A DNA stretch of 64,000 nt from Botryllus schlosseri. Taxonomy: Eukaryota. Every line of letters begins with the position of its first letter. Positions within the stretch are counted from its first letter, which is position 1. Both the position numbers and the translations under genes were made by a program. Positions 32,147-44,802 of the stretch are shown here, piece after piece. The notes under the pieces are model-generated. The model searched no databases. It was not told the DNA's origin and was given only the letters and a program-made list of their open reading frames with translations. The stretch is taken from NCBI GenBank assembly GCA_051294905.1, contig CM119378.1:6758001-6822000 (forward strand). The letters are read 5' to 3'.

Positions 32147-34925
32147 TCATTTCTTTGGCGCGATTATTCCTTCCAGCTGAGTCTGAAATGGAAGATAGGA
32201 ATTTAATTGTAAACAGTTCTCATAAGAAGTAATAAGTGTAACCATGCGGAATTTTGGGTGCATTACCAGATATTTTGCTAATTGGTTATATGGTGGTCTA
32301 ATCAACTTGGCAGTTGACATTTGACAATTGCTTTAGACTACAGATAGCTGCCATGACAACCATTTTGTAAATGAATCCCAACCCTTGGCTACTTATAATA
32401 TTAGAAACACATAGTATGTTGTATATGTGACCAAGATGGTACTACAAGCTGGTGTTTTAGACAGGACTCAAACAAGTTACATTTTCCACTGACATATTAT
32501 GTATAGTATATTACAGATTTCATTCATTGATTTTGTAACTTGTTAATGTTATTATGATCATATATCAGCATGCCACGAAATGGCACTTTAAATGCACTGC
32601 AATGAAAATTACTTGAAGTCAATCGAGCTAACAGAGCACGAACCTCGATCTAATGTTGAGAATGTATTCTATTGAGTATATTAGATGAAAATACTACTGG
32701 GGTACATGACTCACCTTGAGTTGTTGATTTGTGCGTTTGAGGAACTGAATTTCTTCGGAATGCTTCTTTTCTTCCAATTGTCTTCTCTCCGCTTCCCTCT
32801 TTTCGATCGATTCGCACTTTGCTTTTAATTCATTCACCGTTCGTTCCAATTCACGCTTCTCATTTTCCAGATCCGCGTTCTAATCGAATGTTTTCAAGTG
32901 GTTAGCTGAACTGCAGCATATGATACATGGACTAAACATGTCATTCTCGTCGTTAGTTTTTCTAATTATAAGTATAAATGTCTCATCTCACAATTGCATG
33001 ATTGACATGTACGTTACAATATGACTATTTCATGTGAAATAATCTATATACGTTATGTGACGATCACTGTTCAACAGTTTCTTCATGCAAAGCGCAGTGG
33101 CGTCAGAAAAACAAAACTTCCAACTGATACGCAGTGCTGATGCAACTAGAACAAGTGATTATCAGGATGCATATTTCACAAAGTTTCCATCTTGACACAT
33201 CTTCACATCCCATACTAATTTGGCTATCGATCCGTGGATGAGCAGTGAGCACACTAACTTTGCATACACAAGCAGTTGCTATGATGTCTATTTCAATTCA
33301 GCATGGCATTATATTTGCCTGGTCAGAAATTGTAGGAAATTTCAGAGTGTGGAACTGCTGTTTTTATTGTGAAATCTGCATCCTTGTACTATTTAGTGGA
33401 CTGATTAGCAATCCTGAACGGTCTGTGAGGTCCTTATGATGTGTAATGAGGTCTAGATTGATAGTTGAATGCTGCTTACACTACTCACACATTATGATTT
33501 ACCAAATATGTATGCAGTCATAGCAAATGATGGGTGTTTATTACCTTTTTCTCCATGTCCGATTTCCCTTGCTCGGCTTGCAAAGCTTTTCTCATACCGA
33601 AGGCAACGCTGCTTTCATACAATGTTTGATAAGCGGCAATGGTCATTCTTATCTCGTCGCGTACTCGCAAAAGTAATAGACCGCGTTCGGCGCAGTTTAT
33701 TGTAACTTGTCGTATGAGTTCATCTGGCAAAAGAGCACAGCAACGTGGTCAATTTAACGATCATGGAAGTAGGTTTTCCCAATGACTGGAGAAAGTTTTC
33801 TATATTATTTGATAGCCAGTGCCAATTTTTCTACAATACCAAACGAGTATTACAGCAAGAATAATAAAATACACCTGAGTTGTAAATAAATATCAATTTG
33901 CCTACCGCGCAATTCGGAACCTTTCCTACATATGATGTTCATTGCTTTGTTTAATAATATGTATCATTATTCTGAAATATTGTCAAAGTGAAAAACTGTA
34001 TGAGAAGATAAGACAACAAACCCAGTAACTGCTTTCACGGTTTTGTTATCAATGTCCAGAACTAATTGTTCTCTCAATGTTTTAAAATGTGATTTTGACA
34101 CATAATAAACTCAGTGTTTCTCTCTCAGGAAGGAGTCGACTACGTAAGTCCTATTACTTTAGAATTATATATATTATACCTTATTCCCTGCCATGTCTTC
34201 ATATGCAAAGGATAGTATTGCACAGTTAGAATTAATAAATTAAATTCCCAGAAGGCATAACCTATTTGTGGTTCAGGGTCACAGTATTAGGAATTTGGAA
34301 AATGAAGTTACGTCATCAATCACTGAATCACAAGTGACATGCTAGTATTCAGAACATGAAAAGATGCAGAATTTTTTCCTTTATCTGTACCGTCTTCATG
34401 AACGTTGGTTTAAGTGATCATATTACCGATCCTGAAGCAACTACTTACCGAAGCATTGTGAATATAGTTCACGTCTGACAGGACAGATGCCTGTTTCCCT
34501 TGCTTGCCTCTGCTGCAGCCGTTTGTCCAATTCTTCTTGTAGATTGACGACATCCAGCCTGGTTGCTGGAGTACTTGACACTTGCTGAACCCATAACTGT
34601 CCAGACTCGTTCCATTCTCGTGGGGGTAAGATGCTGTTCAGAATTTCATCTGTTTGCTGTTGCTTCGAGTCGATTGGGGACAGACGCCCTCCTTTCGGTG
34701 GTCCTGGTACTGGACCGCTACCGGGTGCTTGCTGAGGACTTACTTTCAGGGCTCTAGACTGTGTAAACCAGAATATATTTTGGATACCGTAGCAACTCGA
34801 AAAATACCGTGCAGTATTCAATTCAATATAAATGGTACACTCACTTTCGGAGTTTTCTTCTCTGTGTTTCTGCTCACCAGAACCGGGTTGTCGTATTTTA
34901 GCAACGAAGAATTTGGAGGAATCAT
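32147..34925 (-). CDS. DNALI1: Axonemal dynein light intermediate chain p28, 5 exons, 256 aa
   Basis: Exons 34925-34845, 34758-34449, 33723-33545, 32879-32715 and 32182-32147 (771 nt). Translation MIPPNSSLLKYDNPVLVSRNTEKK...RQARETGICPVRRELYSQCFDELIRQVTINCAERGLLLLRVRDEIRMTIAAYQTLYESSVAFGMRKALQAEQGK...QLEGIIAPKK is near-identical to known p28 proteins. Confidence 0.98.
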
Positions 34926-35038
34926 TTTTATCTATACCAGTATAAGTGCAATCGAAGTAAGCGAAGTTGTAAGGTAACTGAAAATGCCAAAGATCAACAA
35001 CAAGCCACACCAGGAAGAGAAAATACGCTACACTAAAT

Positions 35039-35052
35039 ATTGTCATAGCAAC
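35039..35052 (-). promoter_or_regulatory. RFX X-box in the DNALI1 promoter
   Basis: GTTGCTATGACAAT on the minus strand (consensus GTTGCCATGGCAAC), ~115 nt upstream of the ATG of a motile-cilia gene. Similar motifs lie in intron 1 (34783-34796) and intron 4 (32347-32360). Confidence 0.55.
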
Positions 35053-37019
35053 GAAATTGTATAGTCCCCCACGTGGCGGGTTTCTAAATTCATACATTCA
35101 TTTCAATTTCGAACTGCATTTCAATGATCAGCAAAGAAACTGGAAGAGAAATACTTTATATGAAACAAATATTTTCATACCTCCAAACAAATTTCAATAA
35201 TCGAGGTAAATGATTTTGAAAAAAAAATACAGAAGTATATTTAGCAACGTGAACTCAGATGAACCCGGGACAACTGACAATATTTGTAAATCACAACCTG
35301 GTCATTCTCATCGTATACAAATCTGCTCATAACCGTGGAGATTTTCAGGCATCAGGAGTACGGCCTATTTCTACGATGTAGCGTAATTCTCAAAAGAGAA
35401 TATTTCGGGTATTTCACGCCGAGGAATGTTAGCCAGAGTAGGAATGAAATTATGCATCGTATTCTTCCTATTCTTGCAACTGAAACGTGTCGGGATATTT
35501 GTGAAAGAAATTTTGAATTCTCTTGATCGATTTTGTTATCGCCTGCTTAGGGTACAAAGATCGCAGTACGAACAATCGCCCAGAAAAATCCTACGCATGA
35601 ATAGCTCGACTTGTTTTCGTCGAGGAGCAAAAAGAAATAGGTCGGCGGTGGAGGGCAGTCACCTTCCATTTGAGTCAGTTGAATGAGTCGTAGTAGTATC
35701 ACTAGGTTGACTTTGTAGTAACGAGTGTGGGAACGCGACAGGGGTATTGTAGTCGTAAGCTGCTGAATGGTGACGCTGTGTTGTTTCGTGCAAAGAATTC
35801 GCACTATTTTTATCAACGAATCGAAGTACTGGTATTACTTTATCGCTAATATAGGTGGTATGATAGGTATATTTATGCGAGCTATCTCCAATACTAGACT
35901 GGATATGAAGTGAGTGAATGCTGCATAATGCATTCCTCTAAGTTGTTGTTGCTTGTCATAATGTTCGGCGCTGCATGCGTTTGTTGATTGTGATTTTACC
36001 TCCAACTGGCATAAACTAGCAGTATTTACGCAAATTATAATCAATAATTATGATTGATTTTGATTATAATCATAAATGTAAAAATATAGAATTATTTGCT
36101 TTTTCACAAAGCCTAATTAACTGAGGCAATGTAAAGTCGAATGCACATTTCATTTTCTGAATGCATATTTGTACATATTATGTAGAAAGCATGTAATATA
36201 GGTTTTTGTGACTTGATTACTTTTGAATTGTGTTTTTAATATAAAATCAGATTCAGGGGTAGTGAATATCAATATCAAATGAATGTAGTGAGGTTTATCC
36301 CTCCCTGCTAATTAAATGATACTGTAGTATACAGTGCAATATTTGACTTGAATCTAGAACAGTAGACAAATTTGTTGTGTAATTTGTGGTTTGCAGAATC
36401 TTCAACAGTTTCACAACGAACTTGGTGTTGCTCGACATCTTTCATATGTTAATAAATGTGAATTTTTATGAGTCTCCGTGTATCCTGTTGATGATTTGTA
36501 GCTATGAACCACCTTACTAATTTGTTCACTAGTGAATTGTTCGTTCTACAAAGTCAAACTGTCAGTTTCAGTGACAATATCGCTTTGTAGCCACAGAAAG
36601 GAAGTAGTTTGCCGATTTCAGGATGTGTTCTTGTCTATTGGCATTGAAGTTTTTAGCAATTGACTGCCTTTTCAGCTACAATACTGTGTAGTTTGAAAGG
36701 CCATTCTGTGTTCTGGGGAGATTACAGCCAACATATTGCAGAAGTATTTTACGAGCAAGGCATGTTAGTTTTGTTTTATAGCTGCCAGAGAGCTTCTGGT
36801 ACCTGTTTGCTATCCTTTTATGGCATTATATCTTGTGAATTTTGGTTTAAGCATCACATCGTTTAATTTCTGGTTATAAATTTGAAATATGGATGCAATT
36901 GGATGGCCAGACGAAAATTATGTTGTCATTGTTGCAGGTTTTAGAATTGCTCATCTTGAATACCTTTTGCGGAATATGAGAAATTTTGACACTGAACTGA
37001 GTTCGTATCTTCCTATATG

Positions 37020-37120
37020 AATTTGCTTGTTGATATACGATGTTCTTTTCCATTCTCTGCTAGTTGCTGACGATTACCCTTGACGAGTGTCAGCCTAAAA
37101 TATTAGGGTTCAGTTCAATA
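37020..37120 (+). repeat. Degenerate copy of the hammerhead-bearing repeat
   Basis: Family arm followed by ACCC-TTGACGAG-TGTCAGC-CTAAA-ATAT-TA-GGGT (C3>U, G12>U, C17>A). Confidence 0.75.
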
Positions 37121-39916
37121 GAGAATTGTATTTCTGTCAAAAATTCTGTATGATGTTTAGTATGATTGAATATATACATAACTAGTATGACTACCATTAA
37201 GTAATTACAAGTGATGGTAGCCTGTACCAGACGGAAAATTTTCACTGCAACACTGATCCAACAAGAAACTAGGTCACAGTTATGTACATATGTAGTCATA
37301 ACTGGTGGTCTTGTAAAGAATAAACCTGTCTCGCCGGCAGTGGTGTGCATATTTTTGTATTTCCCCATGATCATCCTCTCACCATTATTATCTCTCAAGT
37401 GGACTCTATCTATTCTTTGGTAAACAAAGGTATGGTTTAGATATAGTCTGTGTTGCGAGGTCCATCATTTAGAAATTTCCTTTCCCGTTTATGATTAGTA
37501 TGTTCCATCAAAATTTGACGCTCGATCGTTCTTTGTTGTGGATATCGATTTCTATTATTTCCGCTTCGCCAATTCTCGACATACTATCGTGCATTCGCAA
37601 TCAGATTATCAGCGGGAGATTTAAGCGAAAGTGGCGATTCATTTGGGACGCATCACCAAGCAGCTGACCGCTTGGCGCTAAGTAACTCCTTAGGCCTCGT
37701 CAAGTTACTGTAGGGTAGGTTAACCGTAGCAGCTGCGTTGGAACGGCGGTGGCGTCGTTGAATTTCCGGAGTTCAGGCGCGCGGTTGTCGGCCCGTGGTA
37801 TTTTCGTAAAATGTTTCCGTTTCGCTTGATAACCAGGTCGATGATTGGGGGGCTGGTAATTTATTCGTATTCTTTCATCCGGCGTGAAGATGAATTGTAA
37901 TGTCGATCGAAATTTATCGATTCACGCTTCGGCCTATTCCGCGTTGTTGTTACGGCTGCCGTTTTCCGTTGAAACTCGGACGTTTAGGTGAACTTTAACG
38001 TAGGCAAACTGTCTTGAATGAATACGCTATGCTTACAAGGCAGAGTTTCTCCGCTCGCGCAAGCTTGCAGCATCGCCCGCATCATCGCTGCGATTATGAG
38101 TTCAGCGAGTGCATCAAGTTCATACTTACCTGCGCGGGCGGATTGACATACGAATATATAGCGGGGCGGATTCCAGCAACCTGCGTGACGTAGAACGACA
38201 CTAAATTAGAGCTGGTTTTAGTTTGTGATTGACTATAAGCGCTCTCGGGTTTCTGGTGTAAATGTGCCGTCAGTTCTGTTTGGAATGGGGATAGAATGTT
38301 TACGTAATTTGTAAATTCTCGGATCCGTTTCGAAGGCTGTCTGAAATCTGCCAGCGCTGTTACGCAACTACGTTTTTGGGCTGTTAACGTCAGGTCGACA
38401 AGTATCTTGTTCTTTAACGAGTCGTATAAAGTCGTCGGGATGTCTGCAGCTCGACAACTAAAACTCATCGCGGCTCAGAGACGGAATATTAATGCATGCG
38501 AGTGTATTGGGTGTTTAAGGAACGGACGACTTTGATGTGAATGATGAAATATTAATCGAACGTGCGCGCGGTGGGATTACGTCACGCCGCACCGTTAAAT
38601 CGGGGCCCAGCGCCGTTGCTATGCGCGGCGATTTTTCCGCCCGTAACGCCATTGTTATTTTCACGGTTTCGCCTTACGATTTGCGGAAAGTCTCAAAATC
38701 GAGGATACTGACTTCCTGATTAAGATATTTATGATCGGGCCGTTTATCTAACTCTCGTGAAAATTCTAGCGAGCAGACGAGTGGCGATAGTGGGCCGTTG
38801 TTTTCAGAGCGCGGAGTAGATCCACAACGTAACTAAGATTCTCTTGTTTAATACCGACACAATGACTCATCCTGTGTTGGATTGCCGCGCGCTGTTAGCA
38901 GTCGGCTATCCTTTTATAACGTTTGTAGAAGGTTTCTACTTCAGTAAATGGCGCTTAGTAAATTATGCTCTCATACACAAAACAGACCATTACGCAGCCT
39001 ACGTCATTGCCGACTGCCTTAACCGGGCGAAGAAAGTCAACATGTTCGAAGATTTTGATCCATAGGGTAGCGGTTTTAGTTCTATCGGCCTTCAACATTC
39101 GTCCGGTTACATATTGTTGGTGAGGATGAGATTGGGTCGCACGTTTAGTTCCTGGTTTAATCAGTTATCGCTGTTTAATGGTGAACTGCTTCTCAACTTT
39201 CAGGGAAGTTTATGTGCTGCTTATCGAAAATTGGGGAGTCTGTCATGTCGCTGTCACTGTAGAAGCCAACCGCATTGTCTGCAAGCTGATACCGTCTTTC
39301 CCGGGCTGTGTTTTGAGCGGCGATATGTCACTCAGTAGTCAGTATGAAGTGATCGCGAATTGATTTTTAAATGCTGTCAGCATTTGATTGTATATATTAT
39401 TACCTTCATGGCTTCTGGGCATGCGCGAGCTTTTTGTTTCGTCCGTTTCGCAAAACAAGTGACTTCAATATGATTTCCGGTGCCGACTAAGATGGCTCAA
39501 AACAGCGGCCATCTGGTCAGCTGTTTGGCAATCACGCTCTGTCGGCTGGCATTTATTGATAATCGATTACACGGCGCGGTAAGCTGACCCTCCCGTGCAT
39601 GTTCGATAGCTTTGCAGTACGCAATATCGACTCGTGACATCGCACCGTTTGTTGCTTTTAATAGACTTTCGTGATTCATGTTGCGGTGCTTGCATGCCGC
39701 ACACTAATGAACTCATCTGACACCGGCTGTTCAGTGTTCACGGAATAGAACATAAAACCGGAACAGTCGACGTCACATTCGGCGATGAGTTAGTCACCAA
39801 GAATTTGGCGCAGCGTCGAAGCGCGACCGACGCGTATTGTGACGGAACAAGCCGTAGAAAATGTGTCGTCAGTTTTCGAGAGTCGCGATATTGGACTGCG
39901 GTGGAATATACTATAG

Positions 39917-40271
39917 CTGTGGCTCCCAACGTGGGCGATTTGGCGGTCTAGGGGGGCGAAAATGACGAAGGGGGCGACAGGGGGGCGAAAATGGACAAAG
40001 GGGGCGACGGGGGGCGAAAATAGCGAAGGGGGCGACGACGCGTCAAAACGGCTGACCTTTTTTTTTTTTTTTTCATCCAACCCACGGAAATTTAGTTACA
40101 AAAGTGTGTCAAATTGGACATCGAGCCGAAAATTTGACTTTTTTTTTTTTAGTCAACCCGCCGGTGATTAAAGTTTGTATGCCCAACTTTCGGTACACAA
40201 AATTTGGGGGGCGATGATCGGTGTTGACCTTGAAAAGGGGGCGATGGGTCGAAAAAGGTTGGGAACCACTG
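39917..40271 (+). mobile_element. hAT(Charlie)-like MITE, CAGTGGTTCCCAAC family (copy 2)
   Basis: CTGTGGCTCCCAAC ... GTTGGGAACCACTG with a perfect 8-bp TSD TACTATAG (39909-39916, 40272-40279) and expanded GGGGGCGA repeats. Confidence 0.9.
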
Positions 40272-40746
40272 TACTATAGCTTAAACACGATCTCGCCAAG
40301 TCTGGTTATATTGAAATGAGACGCCCGCCCGAACGGTGACTCGGCGAGTGCCACTTGAGGAATATATTTTCATTGCGCGGATCGCGCAGTGGTCTTTATT
40401 GCAACGTGTGGTGTTCGGCACTCGGGGCTTGTGAAGTAGGTGTCTCGCTGCGATGAGATTTGGTCGCGTCGAGTAGGGAACGAAAAGTTGCCCAACGATC
40501 ACATATGATGATATTGTTATCGCCATTGAAACGTTGTGATGTTTTATCGATGTTTTACCAATAAAGCTTATAATTGTTGATTCGATAATGTACCAACGTG
40601 CAATAAAATGGCCGTGACTCTCTTGCGGGCATTGTACTTCTATATTACTATTTGAATTTTGGTTATTGTAAGATGAGTTCCCTGAGTAAAAGACCGAACT
40701 TTTCGAATCAAACGCGTCATTCTGTTGTCTGCGAATTTAGTTCTAT

Positions 40747-40791
40747 ACTTTGTTCCCAGCGTCGGACTACTTTGTTCCCAGCGTCGGACTA
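40747..40791. repeat. Perfect 22-bp tandem duplication
   Basis: ACTTTGTTCCCAGCGTCGGACT occurs twice in tandem. Confidence 0.9.
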
Positions 40792-43700
40792 AGTCTTGTA
40801 ATTTCTAAACAATACCATATCACGACAAGACCATCATGTTTGATAAATCAATTTCACTTCGATTTCAGTCCGGTTTTCTGGAGGTGCTTTGAACTTGGTT
40901 GGACGCGACAGCGCCAATGGTCTCGCACGCCGAATAGGCTAGATATATACGGATACTTCGAATATATGTATATATATATTCCGTTTGATTGAACGAAAAT
41001 CATTTTGAACTGACGCATCTAACTTTTATTCGAATACATAGGATTATAAGACGGATCCCAAAAAAAGTGATGCGAAAAATGCCCACGATTTCCATTCCTG
41101 CATCAAAAAGCCGTTTTTTTCTGCTCTAAAAACGTCGCGAATAGTGCGTTTCCGGGTATCGAATGTATGCAAACGATAATGCTACTGTTTTCTCCAGCTT
41201 GGCAATTACGATATTACTGCTGAGCATGTTGCATTCTTTTAACCTATTATTACGTCAACGCTGCGGGATCTTTGTTGTCGCTGTATGTAAATTTCATTGG
41301 GATACTCAGCGATCCGGAAATATTTCGTACGCGCGCCTTTGGGCACTGTTTGCATTTTATGTCATTATTTCGTATTTGTTCCTAATCATTTCTCTCTGAA
41401 CCTAGTGGTTTCGATATCATAATTGCCATTGTTGTAGCGAATCTCTCGACTGATATTAATTTCGGCGAATGATAAAACGTTGGTGGTATACATTTTAACG
41501 GCGCGCATCGCAAACATTTACAGTCCGGTGAGCAATACTGTGTTGAAGTCTCGCACACCGGGAAAGTATTCCACGCCTGGCGTTATCTTTTAAAAGCTCA
41601 GAATTCCACGATCATGACCTTCCACCGGAACGCGTATTTCTCGCAGGCCCGCAGCAAAAATTACTTTACGCTCGTGAACTTAGCCTACGTGTCAAGCGTG
41701 CGATATTCATCCATCCCGCGTTGAATGTTTACTCGCCGGCGTTGCGGGTGTCTTTACGGTGTAGGCGTGACCGGAATGCAGGCAGGAAGGCGACTCTTTC
41801 TACAGTTTAGAATCCAGAGGCGGTAACGTGAACTGGCCGCGGATCCATTATTATTACCGACGGTTTCATTGAGTCTGCGAGCTATTGTATTCGAGTCTCG
41901 ACCAATGAATGAAATTGTCGTCTCTATTTTGTGCGCGCGATCAAGCGTTGTGTGTAGACGGGTTCAGATCAAGAGTCTATAAGTTTATTTGAACTGGGCA
42001 CGTTTCAATGAACTCGCTTACGCGACTTTGCGTGTCTACGCTGGACTATTCTTGACCGCTCGACACGCTCAAAAGAGTACCGCGCTGAAACGTAGGAACT
42101 TTTCGGCGCTAATATTCCCTAGCGTCGGAAACTATTGCACGCTCCGCCGTTACTTAAGAAGCGAATTCGCATTTCTACTCGTGACTAATATACAGTCGTG
42201 TTAAATGCCGTATGACTTATTATGTCAACTGTTTTGCTGACAATATCGGAGCTAAGCGCGCGGTAATTGCTGGTGATGCAATTCACGCTCCGCGTTTTGA
42301 GAAGCGTGCTATATAGGATCGATGCCGCGCGATTGATTGATGTTTACTGTGGGAGCGTTGTGCGTGTTGATGTTGAGACGACGCGTTCGTACGGTGTTGG
42401 CTTTGTAGGGTATAAGTGCGATATCCCACGGAGGCATTTGCTTTGGTGAGTCGGCCAACCGTTTTTTTCTCGATCGGTACGCGTCTTCGTAGTCTCGACA
42501 GTGAGTCATCGTCGATTGGCGTCGGTTTTGAGGGTACGCCTTCGCTGGAAGCTTAAGCGATCGAAAATATCAAAGCGTATCCGACCATTTTTTCGCTCAG
42601 CGAAACGACGGGAAAGGAAAAAACGCTCGGATGAACTCGGAGATTTGGAAGCGATCCGTCTTGTCGAGTCGAAACGCGAACTTTAGTTAACGGATTCCGC
42701 GAAATTCTTCATGGTTTTTGTCGTAAATTCGTTAAAATTCGTCCTGAAACGTATTCCCGGACCCGCGCAACGTAGGCTATGTAACGCGAAAAACGAAAAG
42801 ATAGCCCGCGCTTGAGCTTGAGGCGTCATTCTCGGGAGACGGTTTCAAACGTTCTTTTTGTTAATAGTCGCAAAAATAAACAGCCGCGCAGTTAGTGGAA
42901 ATGTACTCTCCACCGTACCAGAAACCGTCATTGTATCTCGATCAAGACTGCGACTTCAAACGAAATTAACCATCCTCGTATGATAACCTCTGACCCCTCT
43001 CACCGCCGACCGCAATCATTTCGTGTCGCTGCTTTTCGCGTTTTCTGACATCGCATCGCTACACCTCGTTTTCAACGCTTTCAGTCTCGGTACATTATTT
43101 CCGAAATTCGCAAGCCACGTGATGTATTTGCCTAGCCGCGCAACACGTATGAACTGCGCGCCGGGTTCACGAAATGCGCGTACGTAATAAACTGGTATCA
43201 GGGTCGAGAGTCATCGAAGACCAGCGAGTTCATTGTTACAAGCAACTTGTGATGAAACATCGCGCAAAATTTCACCTCTGTGGATTCACCGTTTACTCCG
43301 CCCTAGGGTTGGTGCGATTACGGCGTCAAGCTGTGAATCGCGAATGTCGCTGGAATTGAAATCGAATATTCAAGATGATTTTCGTACATTTTTGTGTGTC
43401 ATGTCATCAACATTTTGCGCTTTGAACTGGCTGCTTTGCTCCACATCGCTAACTTCCGGCGAACTTCCGAGATAGTGTGTTTGGATACTCTTGTTGCGAT
43501 TGTTATGATCGCCTACATAATAATAGGCTATTTAGGCCGCATGCTCGCCGTGTGATGATGGAAATCGCGCTTATTGCTTCGGACATCGGATTTGCTGGGC
43601 TATCAGGATAATGATAATTGCTGTTTATTAGTAGCCTGCCAAGCGTTTTTTAATGAACTTTGGTCAGCTGAGGACTTCTTTGTGGTCAAGCGGGCACTGT

Positions 43701-44802
43701 AATTGAATATCGCGTGCGGGATTTACACTCTGCAAACGCCCCTGGAAATAATAACGAATGTTTGTGAGGTTTGAAGCTGCTAATGGTTCGCTACTAACAT
43801 TCGTCTGAATGAGTATCATAAATGTTCACATTTTGTGACTTGATTGATAAAGTATCTTGTACATATAATTGTCCATTGAATGTTGTTTGTGAATTCATAT
43901 TTTACATTAGTCCGATTGATACCGTAATTTCGGTTTGGGATTATTTGTTTGAAATGACAATCTTGCTAAGCATCTTAATTGTTGGCCTTTTCAGATTTGC
44001 CTACCGAAAACTTCAAGGTAGACTAATTCTGTATTAGCTTTGTGAGATTGCCTTCACATCTCACTGCAAAAGTCAATATTTCTCCGGGATTACTCTTTTC
44101 AATTTCTGGATATGAATCATCCCTATTCACTGGCAAATACATCGGGCAAGTGCTTCCTCAAGAGATAAGCATTGCTGTCCGGGGATATTCGCTGCGAGAA
44201 AAAGTGCCAGATGCTACAGTGTTTGAAGCACAATGATGGTGGCATCAACTTCACTTATGAAATTGCAGGAATCTCCTAATCATAGGTATGCTTGCATGAT
44301 TGTCAGCCTATTTCACGGTATATTATATAATTGCCTATCTAGTTGAATGACCTCTGAAGAGGTCATGAACAAACTTATTGTGTCCGCGATTCTGTAATGT
44401 CAATATTTCAGAGAATTTCATGCAAACACCACTTACAATTAAGACGATTTAAATTTAGCCAGTGATGTTGTAATACTTTACGTCTGAACTCAATCATATT
44501 ATACTACCCCACTTAAGCCTAAGATCTTGGTAACTTTCCGAGGAAATTGCATGTAGGCATTTCAAGGAATTTAGGAAATAACTCGACAGTATCCTCTGGT
44601 ATGGTTGATGCGTTTTACTAATTCAGCATAACTCGTGGTATATCACCCTTCATATAACAGTTTAATGGAGCATTCAAGAGCACAAAAGTTCCCAGTTAGG
44701 AAATCTCCACTATTGGAACCATGATTTCATGTTATGGTTGACCACACGCTTTGATGCACACCTTGTCATTTTGAAGTAACTCTATCACATGTTAACAGGT
44801 AT

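Noticed and set aside
34441-35097. 218-aa minus-strand ORF as a single-exon gene with a hydrophobic N-terminus
   Set aside because: Only 34758-34449 is real coding sequence (DNALI1 exon 2). The rest is chance read-through of intron 1, exon 1 in another frame, and the 5' region.
37500-43600. microRNA genes or an endogenous viral ORF in the CpG-rich region
   Set aside because: No full match to the conserved miRNAs I checked by eye, and no long ORF. CRISPR, rRNA and prokaryotic features are also absent from the window.
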